DNA of 64,000 nucleotides, taken from Hemiscyllium ocellatum. Lineage: Eukaryota. The notes beneath the pieces are model-generated. The model made no database searches and had not been told where the DNA came from. It worked only from the letters and a program-made list of their open reading frames with translations. Numbering within the stretch: the stretch's first letter is position 1; every line of letters begins with the position of its first letter. Location: contig NC_083433.1 of NCBI RefSeq assembly GCF_020745735.1, forward strand, positions 2,987,363-3,051,362, read 5' to 3'. Below are positions 1-11,178 of the stretch, piece after piece. Position numbers and translations under genes: made by a program.

Positions 1-582
1 ATACAACAATAAAATACTATATGAAATACAGATTTATACACTTTTGTTTAACATTGTTAAGGATCTGTAGTTTAATTGCAGTTTCCCCTGTTCTGTACAC
101 AGAATACTAGGCAATATGTAGAGTGAGGTTCAATAAGACAGTTCTGGTTGGGGACACAGCCTCTCAGAGAACGCACCAAGGATGTGGGGTTTGCTGACAG
201 CTGCTGTTATTGATAGTGGTGTTAACGGTGTGTAGGCTGTGGCACCTTTTCAATCACACAGAGACCTCCTGATACCAATTAATAACCACCCAAGGCTATC
301 TTCCACCCTATTAATGTTCTCACCGAGTACTGGCTGATCTACAGTCTCCTGCTCTGCACTCCACCTCAAAAGCACAAACAGCCTGGTCTGATTGCTGGGC
401 CACAGCGGGATCTTTCTGCCCCTTTACTCCCACCTCCACAGGCTTCAGCAAGAGGTCAAAGGAATGCTGAGAGGTCACTCTCTCTGGCTGCAGAGCTCTA
501 TCCATGCACCCTGCAGTCTGGGAGGGAAGGAGGGAGGGCTGGGCCAAGGTGGCAGATTATCCAGTTGATGCCCATGAGGAGG

Positions 583-764
583 NNNNNNNNNNNNNNNNNN
601 NNNNNNNNNNNNNNNNNNNNNNNNNNNNNNNNNNNNNNNNNNNNNNNNNNNNNNNNNNNNNNNNNNNNNNNNNNNNNNNNNNNNNNNNNNNNNNNNNNNN
701 NNNNNNNNNNNNNNNNNNNNNNNNNNNNNNNNNNNNNNNNNNNNNNNNNNNNNNNNNNNNNNNN
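583..764. other. assembly gap (N run)
   Basis: Run of n in the sequence. Confidence 0.99.
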
Positions 765-840
765 CAGAGAGAGATAGGACATGGTGGGGGAGGAAAACAA
801 GCCAAAAGGCAGGGTACACACCACACCCAGGCACATGTGT

Positions 841-842
<2 letters not shown>

Positions 843-898
<56 letters not shown>

Positions 899-908
899 AC
901 ACCCACCC
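843..908. repeat. (CA)n microsatellite downstream of the SYNGR1a stop (probable 3' UTR)
   Basis: Direct dinucleotide repeat. Confidence 0.95.
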
Positions 909-1840
909 ACTCCCGCCCTCGCCCCCCCTTCTCTCACAGGGCAATCCCTGATGAGACCCAGTGCCATGACAAAGGTGAACTCTCTCTCACTATCGAAAAC
1001 TCAGGCTCCAGATCAAGTTGAGTCCATGTTTCCCCAACCCCCACACCATCGTGACTCCTTCCCCATGTTTTAAATAACTGGAGCAGGGCAAATGTTGTCT
1101 CTGATCATTTGTAAGGGCTTCTCAAGTGAACAGGAATCACTGTGCTTCTAACCCAACATCCTCCCCTGGGAAAAAAACTTTGCTGAGCTGGCTACTTTGT
1201 GCTTTTCAGTAAATGAGAATAGCTTTCCTTCACACCCGACTCTGGCCCTGTGGCCCTGGGAAACACCGGTTGAGGCAGCATCCTGAACAATGGCCTGTTC
1301 CACACCTCGGCGCCAGTGGGAGCAGGGGCCCATAGTCTCTCGCGTTTGCTCCAGTCCTTTCCCCCAGCCCCATTCCCTGTCAGTGCTGGTGCTGTGCAAA
1401 GATCCCATTCCTGAGTGAGGGAGCTGGGAGGAGGGATAGTGAACTCGCAGAGAGGAGATGGCATTGGTGGGCTCATCCGGGGAGTGGGCAAGTTTTCAGC
1501 AGCCAACTGTTTTCCAGAATCAATAAGTAAACCTTAAATTAAAATAAATATATATACATATATATACCATTCCATCAAACATTATCTGCATTTCAGTGAT
1601 CACATCTTACAGAACAGGCTAGGCGACGTGGAAATATTTTATATTCACTTTAAGCACCTGCAGGAGTTATAATACGTGTTTCAAACTCAAGAATATTAAA
1701 CCCTGACCCAGTGATGATAGACACTTGTGGTGTATCAGAGTTTTCTCTCATTTAAACCAAGGGTTGCCCAGTAAAATGTGTAAAGGTTGCGTGTGAGGGA
1801 TTCGCATTCTGGTGTCACTCACTCCTGGCCGTCGCTTTCC

Positions 1841-2056
1841 TCAGTAATCCTGCGTCTGATATCCCTCTGAGGCGCTCGTGTAGGATCCTGTCGACAGTGG
1901 TTGCTGGTAAGAGCCTGGGGCTTCCATCTCGTCCCCGGAGAGGTACGGGCCGTAAGGGGCAGAGGTATCCTGGCTCGGGTCGGTGTACTCCTGGGAGAAA
2001 AGAGCAGAGTCGGCTCCCAGGCGGTACCGCTGGTATCCCAGGAATGCCTGAGCAGC
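1841..2056 (-). CDS. SYNGR1: synaptogyrin-1 terminal coding exon 4a (long isoform a-type C-terminus)
   Basis: Acceptor AG at 2058-2057, phase 0. Translates AAQAFLGYQRYRLGADSALFSQEYTDPSQDTSAPYGPY...EGYQTQDY* (TGA 1843-1841), matching the recalled SYNGR1a tail GADSALFSQDYMDPSQD. This frame is not in the ORF track. Confidence 0.95.
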   Translation of the reverse strand, partial: AAQAFLGYQRYRLGADSALFSQEYTDPSQDTSAPYGPYLSGDEMEAPGSYQQPLSTGSYTSASEGYQTQDY

Positions 2057-2094
2057 CTTTCAATGGAGCAAGGGCAGACAGGAGGCATAGACAA

Positions 2095-3417
2095 AGAGAG
2101 GGAGAGAGAGAGAGAAAACGAGAGAGAACGAGAGATAGAGCAGAGAGACAGAGAGCGCGAGAGATGGAGCAGGAACAGAGAGAGAGCGAGAGATGGAGCA
2201 GAGAGAGGGAGCGAGAGATGGAGAGCGAGAGATGGAGCAGAGAGAGAGAGGGAGCAACAGATGGAACAGAGAGAGCGAGAGATGGAGCAGAGAGAGCGAG
2301 AGATGGAGCAGAGAGAGCGAGAGATGGAGCACAGAGCGAGAGAGAGAGAGATGGAGCAGAGAGAGCGCGAGACATGGAGCAGAGAGAGAGCGAGAGATGG
2401 AGCAGAGAGAGAGAGAGAGAGCGAGAGATGGAGCAGAGAGAGAGAGAGAGAGAGCGAGAGATGGAGCAGAGAGAGAGAGAGAGAGCGAGAGATGGAGCAG
2501 AGAGAGAGAGAGCGAGAGATGGAGCAGAGAGAGAGAGAGAGAGCGAGAGATGGAGCAGAGAGAGAGCGAGAGATGGAGCCGAGAGAGAGCGAGAGGTGGA
2601 GCCGAGAGAGAGCGAGAGAGAGCGAGAGATGGAGCAGAGAGAGAGAGAGCGAGAGATGGAGCCGAGAGAGAGAGCGAGAGATGGAGCCGAGAGAGAGCGA
2701 GAGATGGAGCCGAGAAAGAGCGAGAGATGGAGCCGAGAAAGAGCGAGAGATGGAGCAGAGAGAGAGAGAGAGCGAGAGGTGGAGCCGAGAGAGAGCGAGA
2801 GAGAGCGAGAGGTGGAGCCGAGAGAGAGCGAGAGAGAGCGAGAGATGGAGCAGAGAGAGAGAGAGAGAGCGAGAGATGGAGCAGAGAGAGCGAGAGGTGG
2901 AGCAGAGAGAGCGAGAGATGGAGCAGAGAGAGCGAGAGATGGAGCAGAGAGAGCGAGAGATGGAGCAGAGAGAGCGAGAGATGGAGCAGAGAGAGCGAGA
3001 GATGGAGCAGAGAGAGCGAGAGATGGAGCAGAGAGAGCGAGAGGTGGAGCAGAGAGAGCGAGAGGTGGAGCAGAGAGAGCGAGAGGTGGAGCAGAGAGAG
3101 CGAGAGAGATGGAGCCGAGAGAGCGCGAGAGATGGAACCGAGAGATGGAACCGTGAGAGAGCGAGAGGTGGAGCAGAGAGAGCGAGAGGTGGAGCAGAGA
3201 GAGCGAGTGATGGAGCAGAGAGAGCGAGTGATGGTGCAGAGAGAGAGAGAGAGATGGAGCAGAGAGAGGGAGCGAGAGATGGAGCAGAGAGAGGGAGCGA
3301 GAGATGGAGCAGAGAGAGAGCGAGAGATGGAGCAGAGAGAGAGAGAGCAAGAGATGGAGCAGAGACAGAGTTAGAAATGGAGCAGAGAGAGAGAGAGAGA
3401 TGGGGCCAGAGAGAGAA

Positions 3418-3475
<58 letters not shown>
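2095..3475. repeat. GA-rich minisatellite, about 21-bp unit GAGATGGAGCAGAGAGAGCGA, ending in (GA)n
   Basis: Direct tandem repeat; explains the spurious RE/LS-rich ORFs. Confidence 0.95.
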
Positions 3476-3477
<2 letters not shown>

Positions 3478-3834
3478 GGGCAGAGATGGAATGGGTTTTG
3501 GGGAAGGAATGAGAGTGTAGGGAGTAGCAGGGCCATAGTAAAACAGACATCGAGAGGTGGAACAGTAAAAAGGACACTGCAGTTAGTGATGTTAGCATGC
3601 AGAATGTTAATGACCTTCAGAAAGCAAAGCACATTATGAGATCTGTGGTTAACACATTAGAAAGCAGTTTTAAAGGTCTTTGATATGAGCACTGCGACAA
3701 ATCCAAGCAGTTAATTGTTTTGCATCTGCAGATACACGTCAGTGATAAGGAAACATGGAATACTGAAACATTCTCAGCTCATGTCCATACTAACTCAGCT
3801 GTGGAGATTAACCTAACCAGCTAGAACCTTTTAT

Positions 3835-3985
3835 AAAACAGAGAACTGCAGATACTGGAAATCTGAAACGAAGTGCTGGAGAAACTCAGATCTGGCAACA
3901 TCTGTGAGGAAGGATCACTGCACCCAAAATGTTAACTCTGACTTCTGTCCACAGATGCTGCCACACCTGCCGAGTTTCTTGTAGC
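3835..3985. mobile_element. degenerate palindromic Penelope-terminal-repeat-derived element
   Basis: Arms AAACTCAG..TCTGGCAACATCTGTG / CACAGATGCTGCCAC..GAGTTT around an eroded hammerhead-like core; same family as 7307 and 25890. Confidence 0.55.
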
Positions 3986-4669
3986 AAGATCCTTTGTCAG
4001 GCTTTAAATCAATCCTGAAACCGATATAACTTTCGGGACGACACATGACACTTGCTGGGCTATGGGGAGTGGAAAATGTTAGAATCCCGCTGGACTGATA
4101 CACCCTACAGGCTCAAGTGAAGCTTATTTGCTGGAAGTACAAATATCCAAAGCAGACGGTGAAGACGATAAATAAACCAAACACGTTCATCAGCTCTTAG
4201 GATCACAATTTGCAAAATTAGCGAGTTAATGCAAGCAAGGGCAAGGGAAAGAGAGAGACAGCAGTGGTCAGGTGAAGCAGAGGCACAGCGAAACTTTGGA
4301 GGCCAAGGTAGACGAGAGAGAGAGAGGGTGAGTCTGAGGGTTATGACTATGAGCAAAGTGTGGGGCTCCTCAGATTACTTGATACTAAAACATCCTGTAT
4401 CTCAATCAGCAAACCGCCACAGGTACAGAGTGAGTTAAGGAGTAAGGTAGGGGTATGGGACAACTTACAAAGCTACACCTGCTTATTCTCACAGGCAATA
4501 AAATCAAATTTGCTTTCTCCCTCAAAAATCAGATTGGTCACCACAATCACGAGTTATAGCAGCATGAGAGAAAACCACTCAGGCAAGCAGGGATAGTCTA
4601 GCAGCTCACAGTGTTCAAACTGCTGTACTTCAGAGTCTGGGTGTTTGGAAGCAGAGAAGGATGCTGTAG

Positions 4670-4771
4670 TTAAGCAAGAGGAGGGGTTTGCTGGGGTGGG
4701 AACAATTTATTGTATTCCTCAGTGAAGGTGATGCCTTTTAATCGATCCATGGCAAAGAGAACCAAATAACC
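4670..4771 (-). CDS. SYNGR1: synaptogyrin-1 alternative terminal exon 4b (short isoform b-type C-terminus)
   Basis: Acceptor CAG 4774-4772, phase 0. GYLVLFAMDRLKGITFTEEYNKLFPPQQTPPLA* resembles the recalled human SYNGR1b end (..RFKDLSFQEEYSTLFP..). Confidence 0.85.
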   Translation of the reverse strand, partial: GYLVLFAMDRLKGITFTEEYNKLFPPQQTPPLA

Positions 4772-4958
4772 CTGCAAAAGGAAGGTGCAGGAATTGGAAT
4801 TGGAATTGGAATTAAAACACATGAGGATTGGAGGATGAAAAGTAGTCAGGATTGAAAATAGCAAGCTGTCACTAATAGCATCTCTATGCTCTGTTCTTCA
4901 GACCACTCATTAGAAATTAATGGGGTATATAACATAATCATCTGAAAGAAATGGTGAA

Positions 4959-5180
4959 TCTCCCCCTACACTGTTCCCCTCAAAAACTACCAGGACAGGG
5001 ACAGCATGGGATTACATAGAGTAAAGTTCCCCCTACTCTTTTAAACTCTCAGTGAGTTTCTCTCTACATTGTCCCCCTCAAATTCTCCAGGACAATGACA
5101 GCACGGGGTTAGATACAGAGTAAAACCCCCCTCTACACTGCTCAAACATTTCCAGGACAGGGACAGCATGGATTAGATAG
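4959..5180. repeat. short degenerate tandem repeat (CTCTACACTGTCCCC..CCAGGACAGGGACAGCATGGGGTTAGATACAGAGTAAA), about 3 units
   Basis: Motif blocks recur at about 4960, 5060 and 5130. Confidence 0.7.
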
Positions 5181-5654
5181 TCAAGCTCAGTGCATCATTC
5201 CCTCACTGACCATGAGTTAGTCTGCCACACTGATTCCTTGATGCTCTGTTGGGTAACTCAGACCCAAAATGTTGGAGTGCCAAGTGTTAATTGTTCAAGG
5301 GCTCCAATGCGCTGCCATCTTGGAATGTTGCTCATTGGATTTAATGATGTACCTGAAACGCTGCATCCTGCAAGTTTTTGAATCAGGTGCCAGAAAGCAG
5401 GATTCAACCAGGCAGCTGGTTTACTCAGCCAGTACACACAGGAGGCTGAATGGCCACCTTCTGTCTGTAAACTTTCTCTGGTTCTATGAAATCCCCTTGG
5501 TGCCCAGACAGGCGGTCAGTTTTCTCCACTGTGCTTTTCTGAATGGGATGTGAATGCATTGGCCCAAATTCTAGGCCAAGCCTTGAAAGTGAATGGGCAA
5601 GAGAAGATGGTCAACACTCTACTATCTCGATGTGATCCCAGGGGAAGGGTCATA

Positions 5655-5958
5655 GAATCCAGAAACAAGACAGTGCAGCAAGAGGCCATTCAGCCCATCA
5701 AATCTGCACCAATCCTCTAAAGAGTATTCCACCTCGACCAAACCCATCTCTGTAACCCCGCAGGGTTTTTTTTTTATCATGGCTAACCCACTTAACCTGC
5801 ACATACCTGGACACTGGGCAATTTTGAGCATGGCTTTGGACTGTGGAGGAAACCCCCACACAGACATGGGGAGAACGTGCAAACTCCACAAAGACAGTCG
5901 CCCAAGGGTGGTATCGAACCGGGGTCCCTGGTGCCGTATGGCACCTGGTCACTGTATT
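5655..5958 (-). mobile_element. HE1/V-SINE-type tRNA-derived SINE
   Basis: Conserved body TTTGGACTGTGGAGGAAACCC..GGGAGAACGTGCAAACTCCACA, shared with other copies in the window. Confidence 0.8.
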
Positions 5959-6042
5959 GCCCCTGTCGTTATGGGAGGAGGAGGGGTAGGTGTCAAACCC
6001 AGTGTACCAATGCTGTACAGGATCTAGAGTGAGACGACTTAC

Positions 6043-6191
6043 CCAGGTGAAGATTGAGAAGAAGGAGAAAGTGATAGCAGCTCGAGCAGCATCAGCTCCT
6101 TCCTGTAACGGGTCATCCTTCTCCAGATCCGTTACTTGCCACTGGTTGGTGAGGAAACAGAATCCCACAAACCATAGGAAAGACCAAAACG
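6043..6191 (-). CDS. SYNGR1: synaptogyrin-1 coding exon 3
   Basis: AG/GT flanked, 149 nt; (A)FWSFLWFVGFCFLTNQWQ...AARAAITFSFFSIFTW, MARVEL TM3-TM4. Confidence 0.97.
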
Positions 6192-7306
6192 CTGTTAGAA
6201 GAAACAAAACAAAGGAAACTGTGAATCTGCAGCAGAGGGAGGTGGGTCCTGAGGCATGAACAATCCAGAACACCATCCAAGCAGCATCATCGGTTCAGTG
6301 CAGAGCACAGACTGGAAGAGGGAGGGAAGAGAGACACTACATGTAAGGGTGCTGTCTCTGTGGGCAGCAGTAGTATGATGTGGTGGTGGGGGGAATCGCA
6401 GGTACCACAGAGGGAGCGAGCAAGACCACGTGGCACTGGGTGAGAGTGAGAGATAGCTCACAAGCTGCAGAGGGGGAGAACATGACAATAAGGGATTGAG
6501 CAAGAGAAACACAAGTGGAAAGGACATGTGACAGAGTGAGTGTATGCGAGAGGGTGCAGGCACATGAGAGAGAGAGCAAAAGGGGAAAGGAAGTTAGAGA
6601 AAGTGTGCACATTTGTGAGATACAGAGTGTGAGCATAGATGTAAGAGCGTACATAAATGGAGAGACAGAGGGAACGAGAGAGAGAGGGAATGCTACATTT
6701 GGAGTCACAGCTAACACTTATCGAATTAAACTCTGCTATTCCCATAGGAGTTCTCTCTTTGGTGTAAAGACCATATATTTTAATATTGTGAACGGTATGA
6801 AAATGGCTGTTTGAACACCAAGAATTATGGAAGGCATTTCTGAACATTTAAACAGTAAGTTTCTGAAATTCCTTCTAAGTTGTGTTTACCAGGGCTGGGC
6901 ACAAAACGAGATTCGGCTGGTAGCAGGTTGCTGAGTGGTTTGTAGAATTGTGATGAGTTGTGGATGCCAAAGGCCATCAGCTGACGATTACCTGATTGTC
7001 CCTGGGGTAGATGAACAGCTTGTGGGTGTGAACAATAGTAGCAGCAGCCTTTGGATTGCTACAAGGGACAACACGGTGTCTTCATCTCCAGTAAAACACC
7101 TAAAGTCTAAAGAATGCTACTTTATCTGCCCTCATCAGTTGCTGTAAGCTGTGGCCTTTAACCAGTAACAAGAAATTTTACAGCGAATGTATCAATTGTC
7201 TGTGCCTCCTCATAAATGAAACAAAAAACAAACCTGGGGAGAAAGATTGGAAAATGCCAACAAACAACTCAGTGACCTCTGTGGATGTGACCATTGAATC
7301 ATTTCC

Positions 7307-7523
7307 CCAACAGAAACCAAAAGAACTGCAGATGCAGCAAATCAGAAACAAAAATAGGAATTGCAGGAAAAGCTCAGCAGGTCTGGCATCATGTGTGGTG
7401 AGAAATCACAGTTAATATTTTGGGTTGAGTTCTAAGGATGGATCACGAGACCCAAAACGCTAACTCTGATTTCTCTCCACAGATGCTATCAGACCTGCTG
7501 AGCTTTTCCAGCAATTTTTGTTT
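7307..7523. mobile_element. palindromic Penelope-terminal-repeat-derived element
   Basis: Inverted arms GAAAAGCTCAGCAGGTCTGGCATC / GATGCTATCAGACCTGCTGAGCTTTTC; imperfect TSD TTGAATCATTTCC (7294-7306) / TTGAATAACTTCC (7524-7536). Confidence 0.7.
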
Positions 7524-8346
7524 TTGAATAACTTCCTTGGCTTTTTATGTAGTGTATAAGTGCACATGAAATGAGAAATAGCAATTTTATAAACTTATAT
7601 ATATATGAGTGTGTGCGTGTGTGTGTGGGGGGGGGGGGGGGGGGGGGGAGGTGAGAGTCATAGGGGGAGAGAGAGAAAGAGACAGAGAGAGATTCATAAA
7701 CTTATATTAATCTGCGTGCATGAGAGAGACAGTATATGGCTGAGAGTGAGTTTGTGTTTCTGTGTAAGAGAGAGACAGAATTTTAATATGTCTGCCTGTA
7801 CAGTGCGGCAGTGTATGTGTGTGTATGTCAGTGCATGAGAGAGAGAGAGACAGCGAGGGGAGAGGGAGAATCAGGGAAAGAATGAAAGATAGAGTTTCAA
7901 TATATGTACGCCTGCGTCTGTGCACGTGTGAGTGTGCAAGACAAAGAGTGTGTTTTAATTAGTACAGTTCCCAATTGTTTATCTGTGGTTAGAATTAATG
8001 GATTTCTAACAAATAGCTCTGGTAAAGTACAGAAACTTGGGTGTGACAGCTAATTTGGGGACAGTGTGCACTGTGATAAAACCATTAAGCTGTGTAACAG
8101 CTGTAGAAATAGCAGGGCTAGATTGGCAGGGCAGTGGCCCTGAATATTTTTAAGGTCGAGGTTGATCAATTCCGTGCCAACAAGAATTTAAGGTCATTTG
8201 TGGAGATGGGAATGTGGAATTCAAAACAATCAAAGCAGCCATGGTCTTATCGAATGGTGCAATAGGAGCCAAATGCTCTCCTTTTCCTCCAATTTCATGG
8301 GCAATAAACATGAGGATCTACTACTCTCTGAGAAACAAACACTAAC

Positions 8347-8584
8347 CTGAAAATCCAATGTCTCCCAGAACCACCTTTTTGCGATCCTTTACGCTGCTGA
8401 TCTGTGGAAAGTAAGCATCAAGGGCAAGGAAGGCCATGCAGCCGAGGAAGGCCAGCACACCAATGGTGATGCCATAGTTACAGGCGTTGGGATTCCGGTT
8501 GAAGATGCAGTGCTGTTCCACCTCCGTGGGTCGGTTCATGTAACCCTCATTGATAATTGATCCAAAGACAACAATCGAAAAGAG
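8347..8584 (-). CDS. SYNGR1: synaptogyrin-1 coding exon 2
   Basis: AG/GT flanked, 238 nt; LFSIVVFGSIINEGY...CIFNRNPNACNYG...YFPQISSVKDRKKVVLGDIGFS. Confidence 0.97.
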
Positions 8585-8831
8585 CTACAGAACAGAGTGG
8601 GAGAGAAAAAGGAAGATAAGCTCCAGGTTGGGTGTTCCAGTTCAGCTTATTGTAGGCCAATTTAGGCCCCTAAATATCAAGCTGAATTGGTGTTATCGCC
8701 TACAACAGTAACGTAATTTCACAACATCATTCATCTATGCTTATTAACTAACTCTGAGCTACACAGTCTGAGAATGCAGCTTTAAATAAAATACACTCTA
8801 ATGTAACATCACACAAGTGACTCCTGGGCAT

Positions 8832-8845
8832 GCTGCCATGGCAAC
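8832..8845. promoter_or_regulatory. RFX X-box candidate
   Basis: GCTGCCATGGCAAC is a 13/14 match to the palindromic X-box GTTGCCATGGCAAC. Confidence 0.45.
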
Positions 8846-11178
8846 CTCATGGACCACCTACCCAGCTTGGTGCTTGACTGCCTAACCCCACAGAAAGAGA
8901 GAGAACTAGACAGCTGGAACAATAGAGAGACAGAGAGCACAAGGCAGAGAGAGAGAGATATAGAGAGTGCGTGAGTGAGACAGAGAACAAGGGAGGGTGC
9001 TAGGATGGGGGGGGGGGGGGTGGGAAAGAGTGAAAGTGAGAGGGGATGAGGCAAGAGAAGGGAGAGCATGCCAGGGAGAGTGAGTGTGCCAACAGGTAGC
9101 CTGAAGCCTGACCAGTGAAGGTTGCCTGTACAGAAGCCTCCCCCCCAACCAGCCACTCCTCGAGGCACAGCAAGTAGGACATCACACTTTTGTTTTTATT
9201 AAATCATGAATTGATCAATACTGATTGCTAACACCTAATTCCTCTTAAAGTGGTGGTGACTGCCATGTTGAACCATTGTAGTCCATATAGTACTGGCTCA
9301 TCATAGCACTGTCAGGGAGTTACAGTCTTGACTTGAAAAATCAAGGAACAGTGATACATTTTCATATCAGGATGGGAAGTGGCTTGGAGGGGAACTTACT
9401 GATGGTGGTGTTCCTATGTATCTGCCATCCTTGTCCTTCTAGACAGCAGTGGTTGTGGATTTGGAAGTTGTTGTCTAAGGAGCCTTTATTGATTTCTGCA
9501 ATGCGTCTTATTGATGAACAGAATTGACTAGGTTAGGACAGAATAGCCTTCATTGTCACATGCACTTGAATGACTGCAGTGAAAAGATTGTATTTTGGCC
9601 TCTTGGTGCCATCTTAAGTACAGGGGACCTAGGTACAGATATTTTAAGTGTTGTTACAGAATTGAAATAGTGAAACAAAAAAAGACTAACATGGGAATAC
9701 AGAGTCTATAAAGACTCCTGAATGAGAATAAAAAATATCTTTAAAGTACTCCATGCCCGCTAGGCCTCAGAACACGAGACCTTGCTACCTCAACGTCCTG
9801 GTCTCCATCCAGGACTCACTCCCCCAGCCAGCCTGGGCTCCCTCTACACCTACTCAGGCTGCGGCTCAGCCAGAGGCACGTACTTTGTGCCCCGCTCTAG
9901 GACTCTGCCTGTGTGCACCGCACTCCGGGACTCACCCCGTGCACGCTGTGCTCCCCCTGTCTGTAACTGATCTCCTGCGCTGGGCTGGTCATGGATGCCG
10001 TTCTCCATTCCCTTCAGGTGAGGTAAGTTAAAAGGTGGGGGGAGGGGAACTGCAGCAAGAGGGAGAAAAGAGAGGAGGAACTCGCGAGTAGAGGAGCTCT
10101 GGGTGGTGTGTCTAACTCTAACTCTGTCACCATGGTTACATGCTGCTGCTACTACGAAGCGGTGATAGTAGAGAGAGTAAACATTTGTGGATGTGGTGCC
10201 AATCAAGTGGGCTGCTTTGACCTGGATGGCATTGAACTTTTTCTGTACTGTTAGAACTGCACCCATGCAGGCAAGTGAGCAATATTCCATCACACTTGTA
10301 GATGGTGGACAGGCTTTGGGGAGATAAGGCGGAGTTATTTGCTGCAGATTCCTAGCCTCTGACCTGCTCTTGTAGCTACTTAAAAAGGCTGGTTCAGTTC
10401 TGCTTCTGGTCAATGGTAACCCCAAGAATGTTGATCGTGGGGGGAATTTAGCAATGAATTCACCATTGAAAGGCAAGAGGTGATGGTTAGGTTCTCTCTT
10501 CATAGAGACTATCATTGCCTGGTCACCACTTGCCTGGTGTGAATGTTAATTGCCACTTCTCAGCCCAATTCTGTATAATATGCAGTTCTTACTGCACTTG
10601 GGCATGGACTGCCTCAGTCACTGAGGAGTTGTGAAATGATGCTGAACATTCCCAGTTTTGACTTATGAAGGAAAGGTCATTGATGAAGCAGCTGGAGGAT
10701 GGTTAGGCCTAGTACACCATCCTGAGGAACTCCTGCAGAGATATCCTGGAGCTGAAATGACTGACATCCAATAACTCTCCAAAACAATCTCCATCCTCTT
10801 CCTCTGTGCCAGGTATGATTGCAACCAGCAGAGACTTGCCCCCTGCCCCCCGATTCCCATTGACTCCTGTTTTGCTAAGGCTCCCCAAAGCCACTATCAA
10901 CCAAATGTGGACTTGATGTCAAGGGCAGTCACTTTTATCTCATCATTGCAATTCTGCTCAACCAAGGTTGTAATGAGGTCAGGAGGCGTGTGGTCCTGGT
11001 GAACCCAAACTGGGTGTCACTGAGCAGGTTATTGCTGAGTTGGTGCTACTTGTTAGCACTGTTGATGACACCTTCCTTTACTTGATTAATGATTGAGTGT
11101 AGATTGTGGTGGTAATCGGCCAAAATGGATTTTGCTGTACAGGACATTGCTGGACAATTATCCAAATTGTTAGGTAGA

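Noticed and set aside
475-1073. ORFs spanning X runs (also 35384-35911 and 56275-56937)
   Set aside because: Artefacts of N gaps
1815-3632. Long ORFs of 393-605 aa (LS-rich or RE-rich)
   Set aside because: They are translations of a stop-free minisatellite; the real coding part is 1841-2056 in a different minus frame
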